Position numbers and translations under genes: made by a program. Positions 1 through 9,081 of a stretch of 35,901 bases of DNA are shown here, piece after piece (the first letter of the stretch is position 1; the number at the start of each line of letters is the position of its first letter). The notes below the pieces were generated by a model. It saw nothing but the letters and a program-made list of their open reading frames with translations, made no database searches and was not told where the DNA came from. Source of the stretch: a virus. Its lineage: Duplodnaviria > Caudoviricetes. Location: the IMG/VR virus record IMGVR_UViG_3300037424_003027, positions 1 through 35,901 of that record; one strand, written 5' to 3'.

Positions 1-1248
1 TCACAGCTTCCCTTCTATCACCTCATAAACATCCGCATCAACCAGATCTGCTCGCTTTACAAGCCCACCCGTTCTCAGGCTGTTGGTCACAACCGTATGA
101 CGTCGCCCATCGCCACCACGCGCCTTGACCTTGTAGTTAACCCGTATCACCACCTTGCCTTGGCGGTCATCGCCGGGCGGGTCAAACACGTATAACAGGG
201 CATTGTCGCGCTTATCCAGCAGCACTGCTTTTGCAGCATCAATAGATGATGGCAACGCCCGCACCATATCCATGGGCAGGTGCTTCCCGACCTTGGCGTC
301 ACGCAACATGTGCATGACGTCCTTGTCCGTGGCCGTGATCAATGCTGATGTAGGTAACTGCTGGCGCATGGCCAATTTGCTCACAACCGATTCCGAAATA
401 AAACCCACCGTCTTGATTTCACCCAAGGCGGTTTTACGTGTCGTCAATGATGTCACCCACGGGCTGAACTCTTTGGCCAAATGCGGCACCAGCTTTTGCG
501 CTTCATTCAATGCCTGGCTGCGCAGGTCATCCGGCATGCGCATGATGTGTTCACCCAGTGCCTGGTCTGGGCCCAGCCAGGCTTTGCCAACGTTGTAATC
601 CCAGCCCGGATCAATGCCGGCTGGCACGTTGGGAAATACTTCACCGGTGCGCGGGTTGATGCGATCCTCGCGCTGTATGGTTGGTGCCTGGCCAACGTCG
701 AGTTTTTCACGCCGCATGTCACGCGCCGACAACGAACGTACCGTGCAACGGCAGCCCCAACCGTTGGGTGGGTAATGCGAATCCCACCAGTCATCATCCA
801 CTGCCAGCACTATTTTATTCCATGCCGCATGCTCAGGCCGCACCCGGTTATCCATCACCGCCGTGTACTGCAAAAATGGGCGTGTATCTTTCAACCGTTG
901 AATTTGTTTCCAGCGGCCAGCCATGTGAGCAGTACGCAAGTTGGTATCGTAAATCACCCGCGTACGCCAGCTATGTTCACCTTTAAAATCCCAGCCATGC
1001 TTGGCCACCAACACATCAAAATCTTTTCGGAACTGGCCAATGCTAATGCCATCGGTCACCGCCTTTTCAGTGGCAAGGCGCAAATCATCAATCAACGATT
1101 GTTTAGTGGCACCCGCCACACTGAACGCACGCGCATGCACCTCGGCCGACAAATCATTCCATGACCGTGAAGGTAGATTCAGCTTAACCTTGAAAAAATC
1201 AATGGCCTCATTGAACCGCACTTTGCCAACATCAATTTTAACCGGCAT
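1..1248 (-). CDS. Mu gpF-like minor head (MuF) protein with long C-terminal extension
   Basis: MuF motifs (YTAVMDNRVRPEH, YPPNGWGCRC, GIDPGWDYNVG); lies directly after the portal. Start taken at MPVKID (1248; 1251 is also possible). Confidence 0.92.
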   Translation of the reverse strand: MPVKIDVGKVRFNEAIDFFKVKLNLPSRSWNDLSAEVHARAFSVAGATKQSLIDDLRLATEKAVTDGISIGQFRKDFDVLVAKHGWDFKGEHSWRTRVIYDTNLRTAHMAGRWKQIQRLKDTRPFLQYTAVMDNRVRPEHAAWNKIVLAVDDDWWDSHYPPNGWGCRCTVRSLSARDMRREKLDVGQAPTIQREDRINPRTGEVFPNVPAGIDPGWDYNVGKAWLGPDQALGEHIMRMPDDLRSQALNEAQKLVPHLAKEFSPWVTSLTTRKTALGEIKTVGFISESVVSKLAMRQQLPTSALITATDKDVMHMLRDAKVGKHLPMDMVRALPSSIDAAKAVLLDKRDNALLYVFDPPGDDRQGKVVIRVNYKVKARGGDGRRHTVVTNSLRTGGLVKRADLVDADVYEVIEGKL

Positions 1249-2731
1249 CATCCATCCCCTGGAGCGCACCCACCATCAACGCCAGCGCCGTCATTTCACC
1301 CAGCGCCGTTTCATCCATCTCTGGCGCAATCGTCGCCAGGCCATCACGAAATTCCTGCACCGTGTTCACCCGGTTCAGCAAATCACGAATCGGCTGTGCA
1401 ATATTTTTCAGCAATTCATCCGCCTGGCTCGCTGCTTGTTCCGTTAATTTGTTAGCTGCATCGGGCGTATTAAACTGATGCGTATCGCCGCAGTGTGGGC
1501 AACGATTGAACTGTGCACCAGGTGATGTTGAGCCACCGCCTGCGGGCAATACCGCTTCACCATCCTGTGGCTGCGGAATCTGCAAACGGTCGTGCGCAAA
1601 CGCTACCGGTATATTGATAAAATTACGCGCCTTGTCAAATGCTTCAACCCATTCCTGTCGCGCTTCAGCTTCTTCGTAAAACTCAAACGTAGGTGGTTTT
1701 GCGCCCGCAAAATTCAGCGTTGTTATCCATTCAAATAACAAATTGAACGTATCACAAATCACTTGCCGATCCGATCCATTCACCGCCGTCTCACGCTCAC
1801 GATGCGTTTCGCTCGCCGCGCGGCTACCTTGCCCCTGAATCTCGGTTGCCAATGTCTGTGATGTCAGTGCCTTCGACATCTCACGGTTGCATAAATCAAT
1901 CAATCGTTCCTGCGGTAACTGGCCGGAACTCCTAATAGACAGCAATTCAACCGAGCCATCGGCAGGAATCGCTGCCACGCCATCTTCAATCATGTCGGCC
2001 AGTTGATCTGCCAGTGCATTCTGATCCGGCAACGGTGTGCCTTGCGGGTATTTACCAATTGCCCAGGGAATGCCGTACTTCTCGCAGAACTTCACGAAAT
2101 ATTTAAAGCCATTATGCTTGAAGGTATAGGGCCAAAAGCATGAAGAGAACAGTGCCACTCCGTACGGGTTTTCATACGAATGCATGTGCCGGGTAAGTAG
2201 CATCTTGTAATCATTAATCGGCTCCCCATCACTCAAGTTTTTTTGTGTCAGCAAGCGCAATTCATTATCGGTAGAAAATACAAAACGCCGATTTGGCCGG
2301 TCGAGTAATTTACCCGGTACCAGAAAATTACCTTCGCGCTGCCACACGACCTCATGCGCTTTAAAACCACGAAACACGGCATGCGCCATATTCCAAATCA
2401 CGTCGCTCCAGCGCATGCCTGGCGCAGGTTTGCTATCCATGATTTTCTGGCACAATTCCAATGCCTGTAAATCTGCAGGCCGTTCACCACCAGCCTGCAG
2501 TTTCCATTCAAATCCCAGCAAGCCAGAGCGAACAGATCGCAAATCACCTATCACATGGCTGTCCAGCACAATGGCATCAAACACTTCCTGTGATTTACCC
2601 ATCTTGCGCAACACCACATCCGGGTTGGGCAGGAATGACAACGCACCATAAAAATTAGGGTCGCTGCTGCGTGATGCAATTTCATTTTTCAATGTGCCTT
2701 TGCTGGCTTTTTTAATGTCGGCGTTATCCAT
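1238..2731 (-). CDS. Portal protein (Mu gp29/H, DUF935-like)
   Basis: 497 aa; NPYG..L, FCEKYGIPWAIGKYP and CNREMSKALTSQTL motifs; between terminase and MuF. Confidence 0.93.
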   Translation of the reverse strand: MDNADIKKASKGTLKNEIASRSSDPNFYGALSFLPNPDVVLRKMGKSQEVFDAIVLDSHVIGDLRSVRSGLLGFEWKLQAGGERPADLQALELCQKIMDSKPAPGMRWSDVIWNMAHAVFRGFKAHEVVWQREGNFLVPGKLLDRPNRRFVFSTDNELRLLTQKNLSDGEPINDYKMLLTRHMHSYENPYGVALFSSCFWPYTFKHNGFKYFVKFCEKYGIPWAIGKYPQGTPLPDQNALADQLADMIEDGVAAIPADGSVELLSIRSSGQLPQERLIDLCNREMSKALTSQTLATEIQGQGSRAASETHRERETAVNGSDRQVICDTFNLLFEWITTLNFAGAKPPTFEFYEEAEARQEWVEAFDKARNFINIPVAFAHDRLQIPQPQDGEAVLPAGGGSTSPGAQFNRCPHCGDTHQFNTPDAANKLTEQAASQADELLKNIAQPIRDLLNRVNTVQEFRDGLATIAPEMDETALGEMTALALMVGALQGMDDAG

Positions 2732-4467
2732 CAGTAACCTCGGAATTTATGTTGATGGCGGCCACCCGTGTTATTACGCTGGCCACCCAATGCAATGCGC
2801 GGCAAACCACCGGCGCGTGTTGATGCGATCTGCCATAAAATTTCAAGCGCTGTCAGGCCATCGTAGTGATGGTGGCTTTGTTTTTCTGGCCAGTCATCGA
2901 GCTCATCGAGCAGCTTCAACAACCCGGGATCAAATAAAATTCGCGGATTAAAGGCATCGTTAATGTAATGATCCAGCGACTCAATCCGAATCACCGGATC
3001 AACCGTGGCTGTTACCCCGTGCAGAGGTAGTGATGTTTCGTAATCACGCAGCGCTCGATCCATGAAATCTCCACGCATGTGTTCAAAGGCACTGTTGTTT
3101 TCAAACCCGATCGAAAAGCACTTGAACTCGGCTTGTACGGCAATTAAATCGCCCAATAATTTACTCGGCACCCGGCGCTTGCTATCGGCATGTACCACAT
3201 GAAGCTTTTTATTCTCGGTATCCCAGCCACCTACGAGTATTGCACTGGGGTCTGACTTTTGATTCTTGCCCATGCTGGGGTCGCAGCCACCAAAATAAAT
3301 CCAGTGTTTTAAGCGTGAGACAAAAAACTGGATGTTGATAAAGACCTTCTCATCATCACTGCGTGCATCGCCCTGCATTTCCGTATCAAAAGTTTTTTTG
3401 TTCTTGGTGCGCTGGCGCATTAAGCCATACAGCGTGCGCACCGAAGGCCAGGATATGACGGCACCTTTGTCCATCTGCTTTTTGTGTTTTAAATAAAACT
3501 TATAGCTCGGCAAGTCTGTATCGTTGATAACCAGGTCGCCATGCTGCGCCTGATGTTTTTTATCTTCATTCAACATCACCGCTGCACATTGTTCCCACAA
3601 GTCCATGTTAGTGGGAAATACCTCAATGGCTTTAAAGTGATGCACGATGTAACCGATGCTGTGCTTAGCACGGCTGATCACATCGTCTTTATTTAAGATG
3701 GTTCCCACTCCACACATTTTCACTGTGCCATCAGTCGGGCCAAGATAATCAATTGCCGCCTCCAACCAGTTCCAGCGATTTTCTCGCTCGGTTGGGCTCT
3801 TCGCCTCCTTGTCTGTAATGATGTCATCAGGCATCAAGACCTTTGGGCGGCTAGAACCATGGAAAGTGCCACGGGTCGCTTGCTCGGCACCGAATGGTTC
3901 TACCTTCACATTGGTACGCGTTACCAACTCACCCACTTTCCACACCGGCCCAGGGCCGCACACATCCGGAAAATCAATGCGCAGCATGGTGTTAGATTCA
4001 AGCTCGGTTTTAACTACCATCAGCAACTTGGTTGGCAGCTTTGTTTCGGCACCCAGCAACACCACGTAATCCAGAAACTCAGGAATGGTTGTGATGCCAA
4101 CTTCCTCACGCACCTCTGGGCGCTGTAACAAGCCTTGCACAGCAAGATACACTGGCCCAATTTTTGTTAGCAGAGACGATTTTGCCTCACCACGGGGTGC
4201 TACCCACCATTCCCGGCAACCTTGCTTTTGTGATAACAGCTGCGGAAATCGATTGCAAAAATGTGACTGAAATGCAGATGGCTCACCGCGAATGTGGTGC
4301 GGAAAATACGTGTAAGCGAAAAACTCAAAGTCGCCATGCAATACACGGCGGCGACGCTCTTTAATAGCAGCAGGCGAATCATCTAAACCGGCTTCGAACG
4401 CCTCAATATTCTGGCGCAGTGAAACTGACAGTTGTTCTAGTTCAGATAGGAATTCACGTTCAAGCAT
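2731..4467 (-). CDS. Terminase large subunit (Mu gp28-like)
   Basis: Walker A-like APRGEAKS, Walker B-like VLMPDD, nuclease motifs GCDPSMG and HYDGLTAL; upstream of portal. Confidence 0.92.
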   Translation of the reverse strand: MLEREFLSELEQLSVSLRQNIEAFEAGLDDSPAAIKERRRRVLHGDFEFFAYTYFPHHIRGEPSAFQSHFCNRFPQLLSQKQGCREWWVAPRGEAKSSLLTKIGPVYLAVQGLLQRPEVREEVGITTIPEFLDYVVLLGAETKLPTKLLMVVKTELESNTMLRIDFPDVCGPGPVWKVGELVTRTNVKVEPFGAEQATRGTFHGSSRPKVLMPDDIITDKEAKSPTERENRWNWLEAAIDYLGPTDGTVKMCGVGTILNKDDVISRAKHSIGYIVHHFKAIEVFPTNMDLWEQCAAVMLNEDKKHQAQHGDLVINDTDLPSYKFYLKHKKQMDKGAVISWPSVRTLYGLMRQRTKNKKTFDTEMQGDARSDDEKVFINIQFFVSRLKHWIYFGGCDPSMGKNQKSDPSAILVGGWDTENKKLHVVHADSKRRVPSKLLGDLIAVQAEFKCFSIGFENNSAFEHMRGDFMDRALRDYETSLPLHGVTATVDPVIRIESLDHYINDAFNPRILFDPGLLKLLDELDDWPEKQSHHHYDGLTALEILWQIASTRAGGLPRIALGGQRNNTGGRHQHKFRGY

Positions 4468-4482
4468 GTGTTCGCACCTGGT

Positions 4483-4746
4483 TCAAAATCGCACCGTCGC
4501 GTTCTTGAATAAAAAGCCACTGCATACGGTTCCAGAAATGCGCTTGCCTTCACGACTGGTTGCAATGAAGCCGGTGCGATAAAAATCATCCTCGGCACAG
4601 GCAAAGTAGTCGTAACCCGTGATCGTAATCTCTGTCATGCCTTCAGCATCCAGTGCCCGCATGGCATCGCTTGGCGATGTGCAACCACTTAACGCTGACA
4701 GTGCGCTGATCAAAAGTACCGCCAGAATGTACTGTTCACTCGCCAT
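4483..4746 (-). CDS. Small phage lipoprotein of unknown function
   Basis: Hydrophobic N-terminus ending in lipobox LSGC; two further Cys; overlaps the stop codon of the upstream gene. Confidence 0.7.
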   Translation of the reverse strand: MASEQYILAVLLISALSALSGCTSPSDAMRALDAEGMTEITITGYDYFACAEDDFYRTGFIATSREGKRISGTVCSGFLFKNATVRF

Positions 4747-4970
4747 TAAAAAAATGTCGGTTTGGCCACAGCACGTGTCAGCGCCATAAGCCCGGTTTGT
4801 AAATCGGTTGCACCAATACTGACCCAGCGCTGGTCGGTATCTTTTGCGTAACGAATCTTTGCAACCAGTTCATCAAGCTCTGCACCTTTCGTTTTGATCT
4901 CATTCATCAAATCGATTTCGGTTTGGCTCAGTTCGCGGTAGCCTTTAATTTTGCGGTGTTGGTTATCCAT
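4746..4970 (-). CDS. acb2: Anti-CBASS protein Acb2 homologue (cyclic oligonucleotide sponge)
   Basis: MDNQHRKIKGYRELSQTEIDLMNEIK...RWVSIGATDLQTGLMALTRAVAKP matches the Acb2 family as recalled; ATG at 4970 is preceded by SD AAGGGG. Confidence 0.88.
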   Translation of the reverse strand: MDNQHRKIKGYRELSQTEIDLMNEIKTKGAELDELVAKIRYAKDTDQRWVSIGATDLQTGLMALTRAVAKPTFF

Positions 4971-4980
4971 CGTGTTCCCC

Positions 4981-5484
4981 TTATGCGTTATCAATCACTT
5001 TACTAATGTGCTGCCCAAACGGTTCCAGCAGTGCCACAAACCGCTGCAAATCCTGCGGTGATTTTTTGCGGATGTAATTGGCGAATTCTTCAATCACCTG
5101 CATCGCCACCGCCAGCTTGGCAATGCGCGGGTTAGCGCTGCCTGCAGCCTTCATGGTTTTGGTGTACGCATCGCTCAAACGAGAAATCACTTCCGCTTTT
5201 TGCAGCGCTGTGTAATCGCCGTCTTTCACATCGCCAATGGTTTCCTGAAACAACAACGCGAAGTCTTCCAGCACTTCGGCAGTCATGTCGCCAATAGCGC
5301 CACCAGCCATACGCGCAGCGGCGCGCGCCTTATCCCAATCGTCACCGTCTTCCTGTGATTTACGTTTCCATGTACGCGCAGTTTGGTAATTCACATCATT
5401 TGCGTCGGCAGCGCTTTGCAAACTCATACGCGCATGCACATAACTCCTTCGCACCGCCAACCGCATTTCATCTGGGTATGCCAT
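4981..5484 (-). CDS. Terminase small subunit (DUF1804 / Mu gp27-like)
   Basis: N-terminal HTH with TARTWKRK..GDDWDKARAA; position upstream of the large terminase. Confidence 0.85.
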   Translation of the reverse strand: MAYPDEMRLAVRRSYVHARMSLQSAADANDVNYQTARTWKRKSQEDGDDWDKARAAARMAGGAIGDMTAEVLEDFALLFQETIGDVKDGDYTALQKAEVISRLSDAYTKTMKAAGSANPRIAKLAVAMQVIEEFANYIRKKSPQDLQRFVALLEPFGQHISKVIDNA

Positions 5485-5487
5485 GAA

Positions 5488-5685
5488 TCACGGCCCCATT
5501 TTTATCGTGTCTTTAATAAATCCAATGGCGATAGCAACAATGCCGCCTGTGTACGCACCGTTCTTGGCCGCCTTGATTTCGGATTCGCGCAAACGTTCGC
5601 CGTGGTCTTTCTGGTTTTCCAGCAAAATATCTACCTTCGCATCCAGCTCACCCAGCTTTTGAAATATCTGTTCATTGTTGGCCAT
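5488..5685 (-). CDS. Small coiled-coil protein with C-terminal hydrophobic segment
   Basis: 65 aa; heptad-like N-terminus, C-terminal GGIVAIAIGFI; between lysis and packaging genes. Confidence 0.6.
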   Translation of the reverse strand: MANNEQIFQKLGELDAKVDILLENQKDHGERLRESEIKAAKNGAYTGGIVAIAIGFIKDTIKMGP

Positions 5686-5918
5686 TAGCGCAAACCTCGT
5701 TTTTTATCGTCATAGTGCTGGCATTCAAAACAACGCACACAATGCGGTACGGCCTGTATGCGTTGTTTATCAATTTTGTTCTGGCAATCCACACATAACC
5801 GCACACCTTTAATAACCAGCGGTGCTTCGCGCGGGCGATCCGCGTGCGCTTTTAAAATGCGTTCGCGCTCGGCTTCTTCGAGAATGGTGGCTGCATCGTA
5901 TAAATCGGGTGTGGCCAT
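5685..5918 (-). CDS. TraR/DksA C4-type zinc finger protein
   Basis: CVDC-x17-CFEC with I..R..AVP; N-terminal DxxDxA. Confidence 0.88.
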   Translation of the reverse strand: MATPDLYDAATILEEAERERILKAHADRPREAPLVIKGVRLCVDCQNKIDKQRIQAVPHCVRCFECQHYDDKKRGLR

Positions 5919-5923
5919 CCGTG

Positions 5924-6478
5924 TTATTTCAACAGCCGATCTGTCACAGAGCCAAGCAAACTCACCGGCGTTAAACCGGCAGCAACTTGTTTATCGTTGC
6001 TGCGCGCGCGCACACTGATGCCCAGCACGGCCAGCGCAATAGTCCACATAAACGACAGTGCAGATAAAGCAGAGATGGTTGCGGCGGCCTGGTCAGGTTT
6101 AAACACCATCACATACGCAATGGCGGCCATAATCAGCAGCCAGGTGAAAGCAACAATGTAACCAAAGGTTGGACGCCACGATGCAACATACCAGCGGTTA
6201 CTAGCGTATTCCGCGCGCATGGTGGCGTTGATTGATTCGAGCTGCTGGGTTTCTGCCTGATACTGTGCAATCAACACTGGCTGCATAGCTTTTTGAAATT
6301 CGATTTGCAGTGCCGGGTCGTTCATAATCGCTGCCGCTGCAGCTGAATCATCAGTAACACCCGCTACTGTTTTGGCAACATCAATCACTTTTTGAGCAAC
6401 GCTGCCTGCCTTGTCACCCGCCAGCCAGCGCGTGATGTCCGGTACTAACGACGCTAAACCCAATGCCATAGTAATCAT
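5924..6478 (-). CDS. Holin (3TM / GTA-type holin family)
   Basis: MRAE..S..W...WRPTFGY motif followed by hydrophobic helices and LG..RS.DK; adjacent to the endolysin. Confidence 0.8.
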   Translation of the reverse strand: MITMALGLASLVPDITRWLAGDKAGSVAQKVIDVAKTVAGVTDDSAAAAAIMNDPALQIEFQKAMQPVLIAQYQAETQQLESINATMRAEYASNRWYVASWRPTFGYIVAFTWLLIMAAIAYVMVFKPDQAAATISALSALSFMWTIALAVLGISVRARSNDKQVAAGLTPVSLLGSVTDRLLK

Positions 6479-6480
6479 GC

Positions 6481-7044
6481 CTACATCCCCAAAATAAATT
6501 GCTGCAGTCGCAGCACGCGGTTAAACCAGCCGCGCAAAAACTCAGCTTGTGACGAATCGCCTCTAACAATGTAATGAAAGAACTCAAGGCGATAACCCAG
6601 AAACTCCACAATGAGCGCATCGGTGCCATGTTTATTTAAATACTTCTCAACGCTGGTAATGGAGATGTCGCCAATAATGCCATCCATTTTTATATGCAGG
6701 GTTTGCTGCAACAGCATAGAAGCGCGAAACGGGCCGTGATTAACAGCGGCATCGAAAATCATCACAGCAATATCGGCAGGCAAGTCGTCACAACGGCACA
6801 TGTTCCAGTACCGTGCGCGGTATAGATTTTCCACCGCACGTTGTAAAGGGACGATTGTTTCCAGCACAGCAGGAAAGTCAGGGTGCGAACGATGTTGATC
6901 AATAATGCTCCAGCCTTCCCAGTCCGGATTTTTATTACGCGCAACGCCACGATAGGTTTCGCCACCGCGATCAGCAGGATGGTTTACATAACGCCCTTCG
7001 GCGTCGTGTAGGTAATTAAGAGCAATTGATAGTATTGATTCCAT
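6481..7044 (-). CDS. Endolysin, glycoside hydrolase family 108 with peptidoglycan-binding domain
   Basis: EGRYVNHPADRGGET, FDAAVNHG, DGIIG and FLRGWFNR motifs; start placed at ATG 7044 (MESILS). Confidence 0.9.
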   Translation of the reverse strand: MESILSIALNYLHDAEGRYVNHPADRGGETYRGVARNKNPDWEGWSIIDQHRSHPDFPAVLETIVPLQRAVENLYRARYWNMCRCDDLPADIAVMIFDAAVNHGPFRASMLLQQTLHIKMDGIIGDISITSVEKYLNKHGTDALIVEFLGYRLEFFHYIVRGDSSQAEFLRGWFNRVLRLQQFILGM

Positions 7045-7102
7045 GGCGTCAGCATGGAGGAGACGGGCACAAAAAAAGAGGCGAGACATATGTCTCGCCT
7101 CT
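7045..7102 (-). promoter_or_regulatory. Putative late promoter/terminator, copy 1 (26-bp perfect palindrome + T tract + CATGCT -10-like hexamer)
   Basis: AGAGGCGAGACATATGTCTCGCCTCT at 7077-7102, followed on the minus strand by T6; ends 32 nt before ATG 7044. A matching copy lies at 18422. Confidence 0.75.
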
Positions 7103-7139
7103 GTGCTTAATGAGCAAAACGTGAATCTATATTTCGCAC

Positions 7140-7544
7140 TTAATCATCAAACAAGTCAAGGTTTGAATTATCAACCGCTGTATTCCACAAGCGCTGAATC
7201 TGGCGAAAAGAGAGATTATATTTCTTTGCCAGCTGCGCCCTGGTGGTGGTAGGTTTGCTGTTGCGTATTTCTATGTTACGGATTTGATCGAGTATTTTAT
7301 CGACCTTCGGCAATGTTACGCGCTCATCTGCAAAGCGGCTGGCACATAATTTTTGAATGGATTCGGCAGACAGTATTTCATACAAATCGTAACTCTCAAC
7401 ATCACGCTCGCCCTTGGGTATTTGTAATAACATCCCGCCCTTATTTTTCAGCAGCACTATCGTTTCCGGCAGGCCAATAATCTCCACCAGAAATCGCATC
7501 TGCGGTGGCAGCAGGCGCACATCGATGTTGTCTAACTCATCCAT
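7140..7544 (-). CDS. Mor/C family late transcription activator
   Basis: LLPPQMRFLVEIIG..T..L....GG..L.IP N-terminus; RN..I plus C-terminal HTH LAKKYNLSFRQIQR; between gemA and the lysis genes. Confidence 0.88.
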   Translation of the reverse strand: MDELDNIDVRLLPPQMRFLVEIIGLPETIVLLKNKGGMLLQIPKGERDVESYDLYEILSAESIQKLCASRFADERVTLPKVDKILDQIRNIEIRNSKPTTTRAQLAKKYNLSFRQIQRLWNTAVDNSNLDLFDD

Positions 7545-7992
7545 GCAGTTCAACGTTCTCCCGTTGCGCCCAGCTCTTCAGCGCTTCAATGCACTGGTTC
7601 AACTCTGCCGTGGTGGCCCAGCGCAAATGATCACTGCGCATCAGGTTTACACAAAACCTTTCCATTGCCGCCTCACCGCGATCATGCACCACACCCGCAT
7701 CGGCCAGTGCGCACCACAGTGCTGTGATTTTTTTAATACGCGGCAAACGCCAGTTACTCATGCGCGCCACATTCGATTGGCGCGTGGGTTTAAAACCCAG
7801 CACCTGCATCACCGATACCGCTTTTACCAGATCACCAATATGCATGGTGCTGGCTGAGATATGCCCATCCTTTTCTTTTGCGCCATTCACCGCTAAAAAA
7901 TCACGGTAGGTATTTTCATCCATACACAGCTGTTTTTTACCCAGCTGCAGCAGCGCATAGTAGCGGTTGCGATTGTTGTTGGTACTGCGCAT
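7537..7992 (-). CDS. gemA: GemA / Mu gp16 (DUF1018) protein
   Basis: GKKQLCMDENTYR, KITALW..L...G, IEALKSW motifs; canonical position before the activator. Confidence 0.85.
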   Translation of the reverse strand: MRSTNNNRNRYYALLQLGKKQLCMDENTYRDFLAVNGAKEKDGHISASTMHIGDLVKAVSVMQVLGFKPTRQSNVARMSNWRLPRIKKITALWCALADAGVVHDRGEAAMERFCVNLMRSDHLRWATTAELNQCIEALKSWAQRENVELHG

Positions 7993-8282
7993 CAATTTGC
8001 GTTCCTCAGTGCCCGGCATTCGGCTTTTTCAAACCGGTCTTTTGCCTTGGCATCCGCCACGGTTTGCCATTGCATGTTGGCAGGCGTATCCGCACCACCG
8101 GCACACAGCGGTTCAATGTGGTCAATGATGTAACCGGGGCATGGCAATTTGTTTACACCCGTAGAGGGGCAAGTTGTTTGCCTGGCAAAATCATGGCGTG
8201 CTTTGTTCGAGCGTTGCACGGGGTTGCTTGCGCAGGAAACCGCGATAAGTGCTGCAACTAAAAACGTGATCAACTTATTCAT
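7992..8282 (-). CDS. HNH-like protein with N-terminal signal peptide/lipobox
   Basis: MNK-hydrophobic-IAVSC, then CPSTG..CPGYIIDHIEPLCAGGADTPANMQWQ. Confidence 0.75.
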   Translation of the reverse strand: MNKLITFLVAALIAVSCASNPVQRSNKARHDFARQTTCPSTGVNKLPCPGYIIDHIEPLCAGGADTPANMQWQTVADAKAKDRFEKAECRALRNAN

Positions 8283-8285
8283 TGT

Positions 8286-8510
8286 CTACCCCTGTACTTT
8301 ATTAGGCGTTATGGTTTGTTCTGAAAGAACTTTTGTAACGTCCGCATTTTCAAGCGCCTCAATCAACCGTAGTCCGTTGCCTCCGTATCCATCTTCCAGA
8401 AGGAATGCAATTCTTTGAGCCGCTTCCTCAATCCGGTTTGCTGCGTGGGTCGCCCTGTCTGCTGCCGCATCCATCCTGTGTGCAGCTTTCCACATTGATT
8501 CATCGTTCAT
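8286..8510 (-). CDS. Hypothetical protein
   Basis: Tiles the early operon with minimal gaps; start MNDESMW follows the upstream stop codon. Confidence 0.55.
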   Translation of the reverse strand: MNDESMWKAAHRMDAAADRATHAANRIEEAAQRIAFLLEDGYGGNGLRLIEALENADVTKVLSEQTITPNKVQG

Positions 8511-8511
8511 A

Positions 8512-8769
8512 TCATTTCTCTGCATTACTGGACGCGATGCATACCTGGTAACGGTAGTAGCCGTAACGCTCATCCGGTATGCGCTTCAGGTTAATTTCGC
8601 TCCCCAATATTTTTCGGGCCAGTCGTTGAGCTGCCAATTCTGGCCCGGCTGTGCACGAAGTTTTTTCACCATCCCAAGCTGCCGTGTAAGTGCCGTTGGC
8701 AGACTTCACTGTGATGATACTGACTGGCGCAATTTGTTTGTGCCTGGGTGTTGCTATTCGTTTTTTCAT
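8512..8769 (-). CDS. Hypothetical protein
   Basis: Strong SD (AAGGAG) before ATG; tiles the operon. Confidence 0.65.
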   Translation of the reverse strand: MKKRIATPRHKQIAPVSIITVKSANGTYTAAWDGEKTSCTAGPELAAQRLARKILGSEINLKRIPDERYGYYRYQVCIASSNAEK

Positions 8770-8787
8770 ATGGCTCCTTTGAATGAC

Positions 8788-9081
8788 TTATAAGCCATTC
8801 AAGTTAATCTGGTCGAAGGTGTTATCTTTGATGGCAATCGCCATCCGCTCCATCCAATCCGCAAGCTTCCACGCTGAGGCTGTAATAGTTTTCTCGCGAG
8901 GAAAATCATTCATTACCATTTGCGCCATCCAACCTGAGCCGTCATTTGTTAAAATGAGCTCTTGTTCCAATGTCGTACGTCCGTTGTCGTGGCCAATAAC
9001 AAAGCGAACCTCTACCTTGCCACTTTCAAAATACAAACCTTTTTCTGACACCAATGATTTAATGGCAACGCGTGTAGTCAT
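8788..9081 (-). CDS. Hypothetical protein
   Basis: TAATG overlap with the upstream gene; SD AGGAG. Confidence 0.65.
   Translation of the reverse strand: MTTRVAIKSLVSEKGLYFESGKVEVRFVIGHDNGRTTLEQELILTNDGSGWMAQMVMNDFPREKTITASAWKLADWMERMAIAIKDNTFDQINLNGL

Noticed and set aside
7044-7089. ORF-track starts giving MSRLF... N-termini for both the endolysin (7089) and the protease (18435)
   Set aside because: Both starts fall inside the shared palindrome, so the common peptide is a by-product of the regulatory repeat; recognisable domains begin at 7044 and 18480.
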